Assembly (NCBI GenBank): GCA_048537945.1
Contig: CM108484.1
Location: 8,995,785 to 9,059,784 of the forward strand
DNA: 64,000 nt
Direction: 5' to 3'
Source: Mnemiopsis leidyi
Lineage: Eukaryota
Under the pieces are notes generated by a model. That model worked only from the letters and a program-made list of their open reading frames with translations. It had not been told where the DNA came from and did not search any database. Every line of letters starts with the position of its first letter. Within the stretch, counting starts at the first letter, position 1. Shown here one piece after another: positions 24,360 to 35,741 of this stretch. Made by a program: the position numbers and the translations under genes.

Positions 24360-24680
24360 TCAACTTGTCTGACCCTCATTGAAACGAAACTAAAATGCAA
24401 ATGTCGGGAGGGTGCACGCTGCTGTACAACATCTGTGATCTGAACTAAATTTGTTTTTGCTCTAACCAGAGCCATGCTATAACCAGAGCCCTCTTACTTG
24501 TACAGCAGCGCGCGATCCCGTCATTTTATTCTCGGATGAGGTTGTCTGACTTTGTCCGACCCTCATTTGAAGCGAATATGGAATAGTGTGAATATAATGA
24601 CAGGAGGTTGCGCGCTGCCGTACAAGGCCAAGGATGAGGGACAAAGTCAGACAAGACTGAAATTCGAGCCGCGCGCTCAC
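24360..24680. repeat. Cluster of nested or inverted copies of a ~70-bp foldback repeat (TTGTCTGAC(TTTGTCC)GACCCTCAT ... GGGAGGGTG ... GCTGC(C/T)GTACAA)
   Basis: One hairpin is ttgtctgactttgtccgaccctcat...atgagggacaaagtcagacaag. The same unit in other orientations lies at 24365-24430 and 24500-24560. A further copy is at 59645-59715. Confidence 0.6.
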
Positions 24681-24974
24681 GTTCAAGGGATAATTTTGGG
24701 CTAGTTCGTCAAGTAGCATATTGATATGTGCACGCCGCGCAAGTATGTTCTTACGTGCGCAAAATAAAACTTTTGATTCATTTCATTGAGAATAACTAGC
24801 AACAGCTTTCGATTGCCGCCGTATCGTGGACGTTCCATCATATGGTTCCCCAAAGCCGTTACAACAAAAGCAAGGGTATTTAAGAAATCTCGATAAAAAT
24901 GTCGTTAAACAATAATTTACCCTACAATAATAAATTAAAACGGTGAATTGCTTGTTCCCATACGAATTTAAATT

Positions 24975-25226
24975 TTAAAATACGTCAATATCTGAAGGCA
25001 AAGTATGAGAACTCTTAACCTTCCCTAAAGTTAAAATAACGTCCATAAAATACTGATTGCTGTCACACAGGGAACTCAATGTCCTAGTCTGGGCAGTCAA
25101 AGCTGATACAATCCCGTTTAGGGTGGACATTATCTGTGAGGACGTCTTTTTGAGAGCTGGCCCGTGTGTCGTCAAGATGCTGCTGATCCACAGCATGTAA
25201 AAGTGTAGATGTCTTGATGCACCCAA
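24975..25226 (-). CDS. PWP2: PWP2 exon 16 (terminal), ...SRHLHFYMLWISSILTTHGPALKK...LSSLCDSNQYFMDVILTLGK...DIDVF*
   Basis: Acceptor ttcttcag|TTGGGT. The frame continues to a TAA stop. The translation matches the PWP2 C-terminal region (SRHLEFYLLWTHKLLMLHG...LSKLCSWNHYNMQYALAVSK). Confidence 0.8.
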   Translation of the reverse strand: MGASRHLHFYMLWISSILTTHGPALKKTSSQIMSTLNGIVSALTAQTRTLSSLCDSNQYFMDVILTLGKVKSSHTLPSDIDVF

Positions 25227-25341
25227 CTGAAGAAATTCAGTTGTGACGGCCACAACTGACTGTTTACTGTATTCATGAACTTCATAACGTGAAATAACAA
25301 AGAAAAGATAAATAAAACAAGAAAGCAATGCCAATATCAAC

Positions 25342-25499
25342 CTGATCGACGAGGAACTTGAGCAGAGAAGTGAGGTGATGGAGCGGTAAAGCTCCAACCA
25401 CGTAGTGTATCCTGTCCTCAGGGACTTGCTCCAATACCTCCACAACCAGATCACTTGTGTTAAGTCTCAGAGCTATAACCAGGGCTTTCAGATACGATT
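25342..25499 (-). CDS. PWP2: PWP2 exon 15, SYLKALVIALRLNTSDLVVEVLEQVPEDRIHYVVGALPLHHLTSLLKFLVDQ
   Basis: Acceptor ctttcag| and donor CAG|GTTGAT. Matches AILMAFRLNESKLVQEALEAVPRGEIEVVTSSLPELYVEKVLEFL. Confidence 0.8.
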
Positions 25500-26086
25500 C
25501 TGAAAGTTAAGAAATTATAGAAAAATAATCGTAATAAAAATAATGTCCAAAAAGTGCTGTTATAGGTATAAAATGAATCTTGAGTCAAAACAGGAAGCAG
25601 CAAGTATGCTTACAGAAGCACCGCAGTGCAAGGCAGACTGCAGTGGCAGCATTACAACAGCTACATCGTCCTCCAAATATGGAATAATTGGCCAATTTGA
25701 GCAGTATATATCGCCAATGTTTGCATTCTCCTCGCCGGGCTCAGTGGCGTGAGTCTGTAATCCAGTCACTTGGAGGCGCTAAAGGCTTGAATGTCTTGAG
25801 GTAGGGAGTTCTGAGCTGCGCTGTGCTATGTTGAGCTGGTGTCCGCGCTAAGACCGGTGCCAATATGGGTTCCTCTCGGTAGCTTGAGGGGTCCAGGTTG
25901 ATAGTGAGGAGCGTACCGGCCCAGGGACGAAAGTCAGCAGGCAAAAGCTCCCGTACTGGCCAGTAGTGGGATAGCACCGGTGAATAGGCACGTAGTTCAG
26001 CCCTACCAAAACAGGCAAACTTGTCCTTTTGCATTCATATTGTATAATTCTTTTTATCTAATATGAAGTGCACTTTTGTTCTGTAC

Positions 26087-26215
26087 CTGATGCGAGAGCA
26101 GCTCTCATTGTTAAAGGTGTAATGTCTGTGTCAAGGTCCACAGGATCGAATGTCAAGGTGTTGTCAAGGGAGTAGATAAGCAGTCCTTCTGTAGTTGCTG
26201 CACACCAACTTTGAC
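26087..26215 (-). CDS. PWP2: PWP2 exon 14, QSWCAATTEGLLIYSLDNTLTFDPVDLDTDITPLTMRAALAS
   Basis: Acceptor atcacag| and donor CAG|GTACAG. Matches RCWAATTTEGLLIYSLDTRVLFDPFELDTSVTP. Confidence 0.85.
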
Positions 26216-26651
26216 CTGTGATATCATGTCTTACTCTAGTATCGTTTATAGAACTTACACTTTGGCTTTCAGTATTATAAATTCATGTTTTGCAGTCATT
26301 TTCTTATCCATAAACCATCATTTTACCTTTCGATCCACGAATTTCGTAAGAAAACCTCCTATAACTACCAAAATGCAAGAAATAAATGGTTTCACTGCTT
26401 GAAGCTCCATTGCAGGCATAATCAGTAATATATTACAAGTGTGGTGCTGGGCGATTTATGAGAAGTTTCGGGGGAAATAAAGTGGGCACATAATATTCTG
26501 TAATATATCGGCGAGACATTCCATTTGATAATCTATAACGGATGATTAATAACAGACAGTGGGAAACCCAACACACACTTAATTCTCGTAACTGTAGGAG
26601 GAAACGGCTTGTAAATCCCCAGAAGCTAACTTCAATAAAACTCTCACAAAC

Positions 26652-26914
26652 CTGTCGGACAAAACTGGACAGAATGAACGTTGATCTGAGGAGCAACCCT
26701 TCGTTTGGAGAAATCTCCCTTCGATACCCCCGGAAGAGGGATCTCACTTCCATGCTCGTGTTCCTCCGTCTCCATCAGATCTAGCGGGCCCTGGTCTGTC
26801 ATGTTGTCACTCCGCAGAAACTGCAACATCGCATCGTACGACAGGTTGCGCGATACTTCGAACCGCTTGATTAGAACTGTTTGTTCAACGTTGTATATAC
26901 AAAAGTACTTCGAC
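26652..26914 (-). CDS. PWP2: PWP2 exon 13, RSKYFCIYNVEQTVLIKRFEVSRNLSYDAMLQFL...IPLPGVSKGD...VQFCPT
   Basis: Acceptor tctcccag| and donor ACAG|GTTTGT. Matches SKFVCIYHVREQILMKRFEISCNLSLDAMEEFL...IPLPGVRKGD...LRFSPTG. Confidence 0.85.
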
Positions 26915-27095
26915 CTGGGAGACGACTTCACTTTTTAATTATGCTAATCATATTTTGTAGCATAGTGAAGTATAAAAATTAACACAACAGCACTACCGAT
27001 TGAAACGAGACTGACAACCCAGCTTAACCCCGCTCTGCAATATCCCTAAAACTCTGCAATATCCCCAACGGCCAACACTACTGAACAAAACCAAC

Positions 27096-27298
27096 CTGCC
27101 GCCGGCGAGAATCACACTCCCGTCCGCACTATAGCTCAAACTGGTAAAACATCGGTTACGTTTCTGAGACTCTGCCGATATGAGGTCCTCCTTGGAGCGA
27201 CCTGCCCACAAGTCATTTCTCCCTTCTATACTCCCCACAGTGACTCCCAACTTCAAGTTGTAGAACGTTATCTCCGAGTTCAGGGTCGCAACTGCTAT
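27096..27298 (-). CDS. PWP2: PWP2 exon 12, IAVATLNSEITFYNL...GSIEGRNDLWAGRSKEDL...CFTSLSYSADGSVILAGG
   Basis: Acceptor cattctag| and donor GGCAG|GTTGGT. Matches LAVATLNSQITFWDP...GSIEGRHDLKTGRKELDK...FTALCYSADGHSILAGG. Confidence 0.85.
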
Positions 27299-28315
27299 CT
27301 AGAATGGGTTAATGATTAGTGGACTATGTCATTGCGAGATAAGTAATTCGTTTATGGACATGTTAGAACCGCAATTTTATACCTCAATATAATGATAATG
27401 CTTCCAAGTGCCAAAAGCTAAAAATGGATCATTTTCGTTACTTTTTTAGCACAACATAACTGTTATAAAAATGACCCAGTCAAATATAGCCTATAGTCTT
27501 TTTCAAGATGGAACTAACATTAAATATTGTTTATTGGAAAAAAAATTATTTATTTGTTAAGTTTTGCCCCACAATGGCCCTGTTCAGTATTGCCACTACT
27601 CAGCCTGCATTTTAGTGACTATTGCATCGTTCATGATAATTACATGGAAATTCTACTCTCTTAGATGTTGAGATGCAGTTAAGAAATCCCAAGAAATTTC
27701 TCATTCTCAAGGGGTTACACGAAAAGTTATACAGTTACCCGGCTTAAATTTTCTCAAGGTGTCATTTGTGATTTTCAAACAATTATGACTTTTAAGGAGA
27801 ATTAGTCAACAATCTACATGTCGTACCGACCACCAAGTTGGCGAAGATATAATGGATTCGCTCGGGCTACATCATACAACAACATGATCTATACCATCAC
27901 TGATAGATCTTTGACAGGGTGACGCATACAGCCGGGTTTCAGAATTATTGGCGCGTTTTGAAACCTTCTGTGTCTTGTATAATATTATAAGTTTCACGTG
28001 TCTTTAGTATTACAGTTCTAATTATTTACAATATGAAGCTGTCAACAATAAGGTTACAATAAAATTTACCCAGAAGATGACCAGGAAAGTTACTCAAAAG
28101 GTTACCACGATCTTAACCACAATCTTAACCAATTAGATCACTATAAGCAGTACAGTGAGGAACTGTTTAAGAGTCCAGATCGAAACAGTAGTAGTATGAG
28201 GTTTAAGAAAATTTACATTACTTATTCATCATGATGGTTACTGAAACTAATTATGGTAACAATTTAGAATCTGGTTACCACATACCAGTAAAATGACAGG
28301 ACCAGTAGAACTTAC

Positions 28316-28446
28316 CTGGGAGTTATCAGGACTAGCGACCACAGCAGTACAGTCGGAGGAGAGGGCCAGGGTGTCTGTAGTTCCCTTTCTTTCGAACGTG
28401 TCCCACACTCTAGTAGTTTTGTCCCAGGATGAGGATACCAACATTC
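28316..28446 (-). CDS. PWP2: PWP2 exon 11, MLVSSSWDKTTRVWDTFERKGTTDTLALSSDCTAVVASPDNSQ (WD40 repeat)
   Basis: Acceptor aattctag| and a perfect donor CAG|GTAAGT. Matches SVLASASWDKTVRLWDMFDSWRTKETLALTSDALAVTFRPDG. Confidence 0.85.
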
Positions 28447-28687
28447 CTAGAATTTTTGTAGATATTGTTTAGGGCTGGAGGAGCAGAACATTGGGCGACG
28501 TTTAACAATTTTCAAACTGATGACTTTTTAGTTCTCAACAACCCTGTAGTCCTTCACCCTACCAAGAAATCTAAGACCTACAATTGGGTGCAAACCGTAA
28601 AGAAGTTCTTTACTTTTCCGGATTTCAGTACAGTAGTTTACGAACAAGTCCCAGTAAGTATTTCAAAGGTAAAGATTTGTGAAATAC

Positions 28688-28775
28688 CTTCCATAAAGAC
28701 GAGGGAAGAGACAGGACCCTCATGTCCGGATAAGAGTTCCAGTAATCTTCCAGTCTGCATGTTCCATGTACAAAC
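28688..28775 (-). CDS. PWP2: PWP2 exon 10, VCTWNMQTGRLLELLSGHEGPVSSLVFME
   Basis: Acceptor ccttaacag| and donor GAAG|GTATTT. Matches IFVWSMQTGRLLDVLSGHEGPISGLCFNPM. Confidence 0.8.
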
Positions 28776-28980
28776 CTGTTAAGGTAAAAATGTAATGTGT
28801 GAAACTGACTCTAGCTGAGAAATGTGAACTGAGGTGTGAGTAATTTTTTATCAACGAAATGATATTGTTAGAACGATTGGGATTATAAAAACATTGATTC
28901 TTTTGAAACTATGAACGCGTCCAAATACCTCATAGGTGTTTTTCAGCACTACGACAGAATTCCAAAACGAAATATTTTAC

Positions 28981-29089
28981 CTGGAAGGTATCTGTAGTTC
29001 CTGCTGCTACGATTTCCCCACTAGTATCACATGCCACACAACTAAACTGTACTGGCGTTGGACAGGTCATTGTCCGGAAATTCCGGTAC
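28981..29089 (-). CDS. PWP2: PWP2 exon 9, RYRNFRTMTCPTPVQFSCVACDTSGEIVAAGTTDTFQ
   Basis: Acceptor aaccgcag| and donor CAG|GTAAAA. Matches YRNFRTFTSPRPTQFSCVAVDASGEIVSAGAQDSFE. Confidence 0.85.
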
Positions 29090-29257
29090 CTGCGGTTAAT
29101 TACGGAGTACGTGGCAAGAGGTAAACCGAAATCAGCGAACCGCTCAATATTGTAAATAATTGTTAATTTCCTAATGATATTTGATAAAGCTGTAATGACG
29201 GATTCATTGTCATTATCAGCTGTATTATCACAGTTAACAGTTATTTAAAAATGACAT

Positions 29258-29735
29258 TAACCTAACAACGACAGTAATCTAACAACGACAGTTTTCTAAC
29301 AACGACAGTTTTCTTACAACGACAGTTACCTAACAACGACAGTTACCTAACAACGACAGTTACCTAACAACGACAGTTACCTCACAAAAACATTTACCTC
29401 ACAACGACAGTTACCTAACAACGACATTTACCTAACAATGACAGTTACCTAACAACGACAGTGACCTCACAACAACAGTTACCTAACAACAACAGTTACC
29501 TAACAATGACAGTTACCTAACAACGACAGTTATCTAACAACGACAGTTACCTAACAACGACAGTTACCTAACAACAACAGTTACCTAACAACGACAGTTA
29601 CCTAACAACAACAGTTACCTCACAACAACAGTTACCTAACAACGACAATAATCTAACAACGACAGTTACCTAACAACGACAGTTACCTAACAGCAACAGT
29701 TACCTAACAACAACAGTTACCTAACAACGACACTA
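29258..29735. repeat. Minisatellite, 17-bp unit cgacagttacctaacaa in about 28 copies. It lies in the PWP2 intron immediately 3' of exon 8. On the gene strand each unit reads AGGTAACTGTCGTTGTT.
   Basis: Direct tandem periodicity. The array ends 17 bp from the exon 8 donor CAG|GTAACTGTCC, and that donor has the same sequence as the repeat unit. Confidence 0.9.
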
Positions 29736-29751
29736 CTACATGGACAGTTAC

Positions 29752-29917
29752 CTGTAAAGATCGAAAGCCCTGACAGTCCCGTCCAGACTAGCAGACAAGA
29801 CGACATTACCAGATTTCCTAAAGTACACATCAGACACTCCCGCTGTGTGCTCGTTAAAAGTGACGTAACAGAATCCTGTCTCGGTACTCCACACCTTCAC
29901 CTTGCCATCGTCTCCAC
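29752..29917 (-). CDS. PWP2: PWP2 exon 8, GDDGKVKVWSTETGFCYVTFNEHTAGVSDVYFRKSGNVVLSASLDGTVRAFDLY
   Basis: Acceptor ccctggcag| and donor TACAG|GTAACT. Matches GGDDGKVKVWNTLSGFCFVTFTEHSSGVTGVTF...SSMDGTVRAFDLHRY. Confidence 0.85.
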
Positions 29918-29944
29918 CTGCCAGGGAGTAGGGATAATCTGTCA

Positions 29945-32130
29945 GGTATAGAGAAGTTATACCGATACTGGTGATATAGAGAAGTTATACCGATACAGGT
30001 GATATAGAGAAGTTATACAGATACTGGTGATATAGAGAAGTTATACAGATACTGGTGATATAGAGAAGTTATACCGATACAGGTGATATAGAGAAGTTAC
30101 ACCGATACTGGTGATATAGAGAAGTTACACAGATACTGGTGATATAGAGAAGTTACATCGATACTGGTGATATAGGGAAGTTATACCGATACTAATAATA
30201 TAGAGAAGTTATACTGATACTGGTGATATAGAGAAGTTACACCGATACAGGTGATATAGAGAAGTTATACCGATACAGGTGATATAGAGAAGTTAAACTG
30301 ATACAGGTGATATAGAGAAGTTAAACTGATACAGGTGATATAGAGAAGTTATACAGATACAGGTGTTATAGAGAAGTTATACCGATACTGGTGATATAGA
30401 GAAGTTATACCGATACTAGTGATATAGAGAAGTTATACCGATACTGGTGATATAGAGAAGTTATACCGATACTGGTGATATAGAGAAGTTATACCGATAC
30501 AGGTGATATAGAGAAGTTATACCGATACTGGTGATATAGGGAAGTTATACCGATACAGGTGATATAGAGAAGTTATACCGATACAGGTGATATAGAGAAG
30601 TTAAACTGATACAGGTGATATAGAGAAGTTAAACTGATACAGGTGATATAGAGAAGTTATACAGATACAGGTGTTATAGAGAAGTTATACCGATACTGGT
30701 GATATAGAGAAGTTATACCGATACTAGTGATATAGAGAAGTTATACCGATACTGGTGATATAGAGAAGTTATACCGATACTGGTGATATAGAGAAGTTAT
30801 ACCGATACTGGTGATATAGAGAAGTTATACCGATACTGGTGATATAGAGAAGTTATACCGATACTGGTGTTATAGAGAAGTTATACAGATACTGGTGATA
30901 TAGAGAAGTTATACCGATACTGGTTATATAGAGAAGTTACACAGATACTGGTGATATAGAGAAGTTATACCGATACTGGTGATATAGAGAAGTTATACCG
31001 ATACTGGTGATATAGGGAAGTTACACAGATACTGGTGATATAGAGAAGTTACACCGATACAGGTGATATAGAGAAGTTATACCGATACTGGTGATATAGA
31101 GAAGTTATACCGATACTGGTGATATAGGGAAGTTATACCGATACTGGTGATATAGGGAAGTTATACCGATACAGGTGATATAGAGAAGTTATACCGATAC
31201 TGGTGATATAGAGAAGTTACACCGATACTGGTGATATAGGGAAGTTATACCGATACTAATAATATAGAGAAGTTATACCGATACTGGTTATATAGAGAAG
31301 TTACACAGATACTGGTGATATAGAGAAGTTATACCGATACTGGTGATATAGAGGAGTTACACAGATACTGGTGATATAGAGAAGTTACACCGATACAGGT
31401 GATATAGAGAAGTTATACCGATACTGGTGATATAGAGAAGTTATACCGATACTGGTGTTATAGAGAAGTTATACCGATACTGGTGATATAGAGAAGTTAT
31501 ACCGATACAGGTGATATAGAGAAGTTATACCGATACTGGTGATATAGAGAAGTTATACCGATACAGGTGATATAGAGAAGTTATACCGATACTGGTGATA
31601 TAGAGAAGTTACACCGATACTGGTGATATAGAGAAGTTACATCGATACTGGTGTTATAGAGAAGTTATACCGATACTGGTGATATAGAGAAGTTATACCG
31701 ATACTGGTGATATAGAGAAGTTATACCGATACAGGTGATATAGAGAAGTTACACTGATACTGGTGATATAGAGAAGTTACACCGATACTGGTGTTATAGA
31801 GAAGTTATACCGATACTGGTGATATAGAGAAGTTACACCGATACTGGTGATATAGAGAAGTTACACCGATACTGGTGATATAGAGAAGTTACACAGATAC
31901 TGGTGATATAGAGAAGTTATACCGATACAGGTGTTATAGAGAAGATATACTGATACTAGTGATATAGAGAAGTTATACCGATACTGGTGATATAGAGAAG
32001 TTATACCGATACTGGTGATATAGAGAAGATATACTGATACTGGTGATATAAAGAAGTTACACCGATACAGGCAATTAAAGCAGTTATACTGATACAGGCG
32101 ATACAGAGAAGATTTACTGATACTGGTGAC
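29945..32130. repeat. Minisatellite, 28-bp unit gatatagagaagttataccgatactggt in about 78 copies (~2.2 kb). It lies in the PWP2 intron immediately 5' of exon 8. On the gene strand each unit contains TTCTCTATATCACCAG.
   Basis: Direct tandem periodicity with A/G and C/T point variants. The array ends about 25 bp from the exon 8 acceptor. Confidence 0.9.
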
Positions 32131-32319
32131 TGAGGGCGCTGGACAGAGGATCTTTACTTACTTTTAGATAAATAAATAAATTTTCATCGTGAGTGACATG
32201 TGGGATGTCCAGCAAACCCGAATACAGAACAGTACAACAACTTGTACAACTAAAGAAAATGAAGTAAAAGTAACAACTATTATAACTAGAAAGTGAAGTA
32301 ACAGGAACAGCCCACCCAC

Positions 32320-32466
32320 CAGTAGCGATAGAGAGACTGTCTGGACTGTAGGAGACACAGGTCATGTCGTAACTGTGTCCTTGCTGCTTCAACACGTAAC
32401 TCTCACTCTTCCACTCCCACACGAGTAACTGGCCGTGTCCTCTACAGCCAAAACCTAGTAGGTCCC
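32320..32466 (-). CDS. PWP2: PWP2 exon 7, DLLGFGCRGHGQLLVWEWKSESYVLKQQGHSYDMTCVSYSPDSLSIATG
   Basis: Acceptor caatttcag| and donor ACTG|GTGGGT. Matches DWIAFGCSGLGQLLVWEWQSESYVLKQQGHFNSMVALAYSPDGQYIVTGG almost residue for residue. Confidence 0.9.
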
Positions 32467-34030
32467 CTGAAATTGTAGGGTAGTAACTAGTGTATGTATG
32501 TAGTATTTCAAATTCAGAAAATCTAGACCCCTGCACTCCTAAAATTCTATCGTTTTAACGATATCATCTAAATTTTAAATCTAAAGTATTAATCCACATC
32601 AAACGTGTGTAAATAACACATAAATTTGAGGATGTGAATGAAATGTAAATCTATCACAATGAACTTGAAATCTGTTACAGAATCAGCGCAGCATCAGATT
32701 TATACATCATCAATTTTCGAACCAGCACTCTAGAGTCTAAAGATATTAGTCTAAAGATATTACATTTACAATCTAAGTTTGAGGCGTGTGACTCCCAAAG
32801 TAATGTATGTAGTGAAGAGCCGATTTGAACCAAATGTTCCTATTACTCTCGTATTTAAACCGCAGGTGTAATGTAATTTGATCTCGACTACAGTAGTCGT
32901 GTGTCAAGTATTCACAAATTAGTATAAAGGTGGGATTTTGTTAAAGACCAGGGTTACGTCTCTTAACATAGAATACATTCCTAAGCTTAAGAGTATGATA
33001 TGGTTTGTCTGCATCACATTATAGAGCCTAGTATCCGTTTTGCTTCATGTAAATGAATGAAAGTTAAACATTTACACTGGACAATGTACAATTGATGTAC
33101 ACTATTGAAATGTATATCATTGATGTTGAAAACCCACTTATCCAAAGAAGCATTTTATGTGACTTCATAGTTAATATGATAACAATATAAATAAAGAAAC
33201 TTGAGGTTTAGTTCAGCAAACTTTCAATTTTTAACTTGACTTCAACTTGAATTATTTTGATATAAGATTATTCCATGGACTTATTAACCTGAGTCGCCTT
33301 ATACGGATATATATTTTGAGCTATAGGGCGTCGTATAAATAGGCACCTACTTTTTATATTATCATTAATATTGCATTGTCTTGTGTAGAAGGTGTATCAC
33401 AAGAGATAAAGATAGAACACATCACATTGTTTCATTACACATAACATCCAGTCGACACGTAATAACGACCACAGTAGAACGTTTTATATGACGAGTGTAC
33501 CTGCACATGTAACAGCTATGCAGTGACTCAATAAGATTGACGAAATTGGTGCACACTAAACCGCAGATATTACCAAGATCATTACACAGGAGTAGGGTAA
33601 TGTAATTTCTCGCAGGTCGATATTGCAACTATCCGCTAACAAGCTCTCTGTCTCATTATAACATGGCACAGAGATCTGATGTAACTTGAAGTGTGGCAAC
33701 TGGTACGTTCTCAATCCTGAGTTCCCTCATTTTTTTCTTCATTCCACTCCCCACATTCCACTACTTTGATCCCATACCCCAGTGCTTCTCTTCTTCATCT
33801 TTCTCTTATTTTCTGTCCTTAACCTCGTGTAGAGGTGTACTGTGTAGCCTAACCGCCTGATTAATTGCAGAGCGATCGGATCCACGCTTTTCAATCTGCC
33901 TCATGACGCTATATTTAGGCGTGTGTTCGAATATTCAGACTATAGCTGAGGTGCTATTCGTTAACAGAACCAGTATTGTTAACTTAACCGGTACTGTTAT
34001 ATGTGATGTGTATTGGTTTTGTCAACTAAC

Positions 34031-34128
34031 CTGATGGGCTGATAGACACAGCTGATATGTCTTTCTGTGAGATAGAAAGGGTGTGTATCTGATCAAATGT
34101 TGGTAGGTCGTAGAGTGTGAACTGGCCG
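34031..34128 (-). CDS. PWP2: PWP2 exon 6, GQFTLYDLPTFDQIHTLSISQKDISAVSISPS
   Basis: Acceptor aattttcag| and donor TCAG|GTTAGT. Matches GIFHLHELPEFNLIHSLSISDQSIASVAINSSG. Confidence 0.8.
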
Positions 34129-34267
34129 CTGAAAATTCCTTCTATTAATTCTGAACCCAAATATCACAACTTCTACTAATCACAACTTCTACTAATTTTT
34201 CAACTGAGTTCGAGTTTTAGATTACTTTTTACGAGATGAATTTAGGAATGTTCCTCAAAAAACCTAC

Positions 34268-34369
34268 TTGGAGAGGCCAACAACAAGAAGAGCGGACTGA
34301 AGAGCAGCACACGTGACATGAATACCTCCAGCTTGGTTGACGAAGTTCTTAGACCCTACATTCCACTTC
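34268..34369 (-). CDS. PWP2: PWP2 exon 5, (G)KWNVGSKNFVNQAGGIHVTCAALQSALLVVGLS
   Basis: Acceptor catttttcag|G and donor CCAA|GTAGGT. The phase is continuous with exon 4. Matches KYSRLAKYFFNKEGDFNNLTAAAFHKKSHLLVTGFAS. The vertebrate acidic insert is absent. Confidence 0.7.
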
Positions 34370-34894
34370 CTGAAAAATGTATGAAGTTTGTATATTGTTG
34401 GGATGTTGTCCAGGTTCATTTTCAAATTATTACTCTGCCACGATCTGGCGAAAGCGCTTATATACCAAATTTAAAAATTTTGATTCTTTCACTGAACTTT
34501 TCTATCAAGGGTCAACAAGTTCCCCTTTAAATCGTTGGAATGAATTTGGGACCCCAAAATTTGTTCTGTGCTGTACGCACTTGTTGAGAACTATCAATAA
34601 TCGGACAAAAGTGCTTCACGGACAGCGGTTTTTTCAGATTCTCTACTGCCAGAATATGCGGTAAACACCATTTTTCGGTTATGTCACTTCAACACTTTGT
34701 GATCACAAAATGAGGCACAAAAAACATCGAGGGACCATAAAGATGTCAGGATATGATCCTGGATACTAAGCCTTCAACCCATATGCTAGGTAAATATGAA
34801 AACTTTAACATTAAATCAAACAACACTGTTAGTAATCAGCACTTTTTTCATATCTTTACAGAGTAAAAATAACCTCAACTGTTAAAGTTCTCAC

Positions 34895-35124
34895 CCAGTC
34901 GTGGCACTGCGTTCCCATAGGAACATTCCACCATCAGCACTAACTGAAATAACTTCGCTTGCACCGCCCGGTCCAAACCACGCGCCGACCACACTGCGCT
35001 TGTGCCCAGTCAGGGTGACGGCCGTGAAGTCCTCTTCTGGCTCACGTGACAGAACTTTCACAGTCATGTCTACACTACCACACACTAGATACCGGGAACA
35101 TACACTCCAACTTATTGTAGAGAC
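34895..35124 (-). CDS. PWP2: PWP2 exon 4, VSTISWSVCSRYLVCGSVDMTVKVL...VTLTGHKRSVVGAWF...VSADGGMFLWERSATT
   Basis: Acceptor acacag| and donor ACTGG|GTGAGA. Matches TTCIDWTDDSRCFVVGSKDMSTWVF...LGGHKDAIVACFF...SQDGVLCMWQ. Confidence 0.8.
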
Positions 35125-35293
35125 CTGTGTATTCAGTTAGCTAGTTAATATTAGGAATCAGTTGGCAGTATAGTACTCCTTATTATAGTACTGCAAAATA
35201 TAGCACTAGGTATAAAGAGTACCAACATCATTTTAAACTGTAGTGCCAGGTAAGTACTTATAAGTACCGCCCTGCCTGCAAATAGTACTAAAC

Positions 35294-35470
35294 CTCGTCA
35301 TACTGTCCCGGGTAAGTTCTGACGAGGGTGAACGGAGCGAACTCCTTGCTGCTGCCGGGCGCGCGCCAAAGCTGCACGTGCTTTCCGTGTGACACTGCTA
35401 TGTGCGCACCGTCGGGGGAGTAGCTGATTGCTTGGACTGGTTTCTTGAAGTTGTGATGGGCTAGTAATAC
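35294..35470 (-). CDS. PWP2: PWP2 exon 3, VLLAHHNFKKPVQAISYSPDGAHIAVSHGKHVQLWRAPGSSKEFAPFTLVRTYPGQYDE
   Basis: Acceptor cttactacag| and donor GAG|GTTTAG. Matches VLHHFHFKGSVHSVSFSPDGRKFVVTKGNIAQMYHAPGKKREFNAFVLDKTYFGPYDE. Confidence 0.85.
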
Positions 35471-35741
35471 CTGTAGTAAGAGAGGGAAATTTTAGTTCGT
35501 GTATACTGTGCAACATCTGAGATTATTTAGGTAATAGATTCCATACGATTTGTTAAATTCCGTTTATTAAACTATTAAAGTTAAGGAAATTGGGACAAAC
35601 ATATTTATTTCGTGTGGAGCGGTTTTTAACTATTTAAGTCAACCAAAAAATCAGCGTAAATCAAAATAGGAAACATACAATTCCGAATCTGCATAAAGAG
35701 TGATGGGATTAGGTAACAATAACAACGGAAGCGAGTCTCAC

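Noticed and set aside
28308-28318. acttacctgg resembling the 5' end of U1 snRNA
   Set aside because: It is simply the reverse complement of the PWP2 exon 11 splice donor CAGGTAAGT. No U1 body follows.
3407-32130. Possibility that the tandem repeat arrays are CRISPR arrays
   Set aside because: Units are contiguous head-to-tail with no unique spacers. The context is a eukaryotic genome with spliced genes, and there are no cas genes.
34581-34645. Candidate extra PWP2 exon (…ENLKKPLSVKHFCPIIDSSQQ) between exons 4 and 5
   Set aside because: The reading-frame phase is incompatible with exon 4, which ends with two leftover nucleotides. Exon 4 joins the 34369 acceptor directly, in frame.
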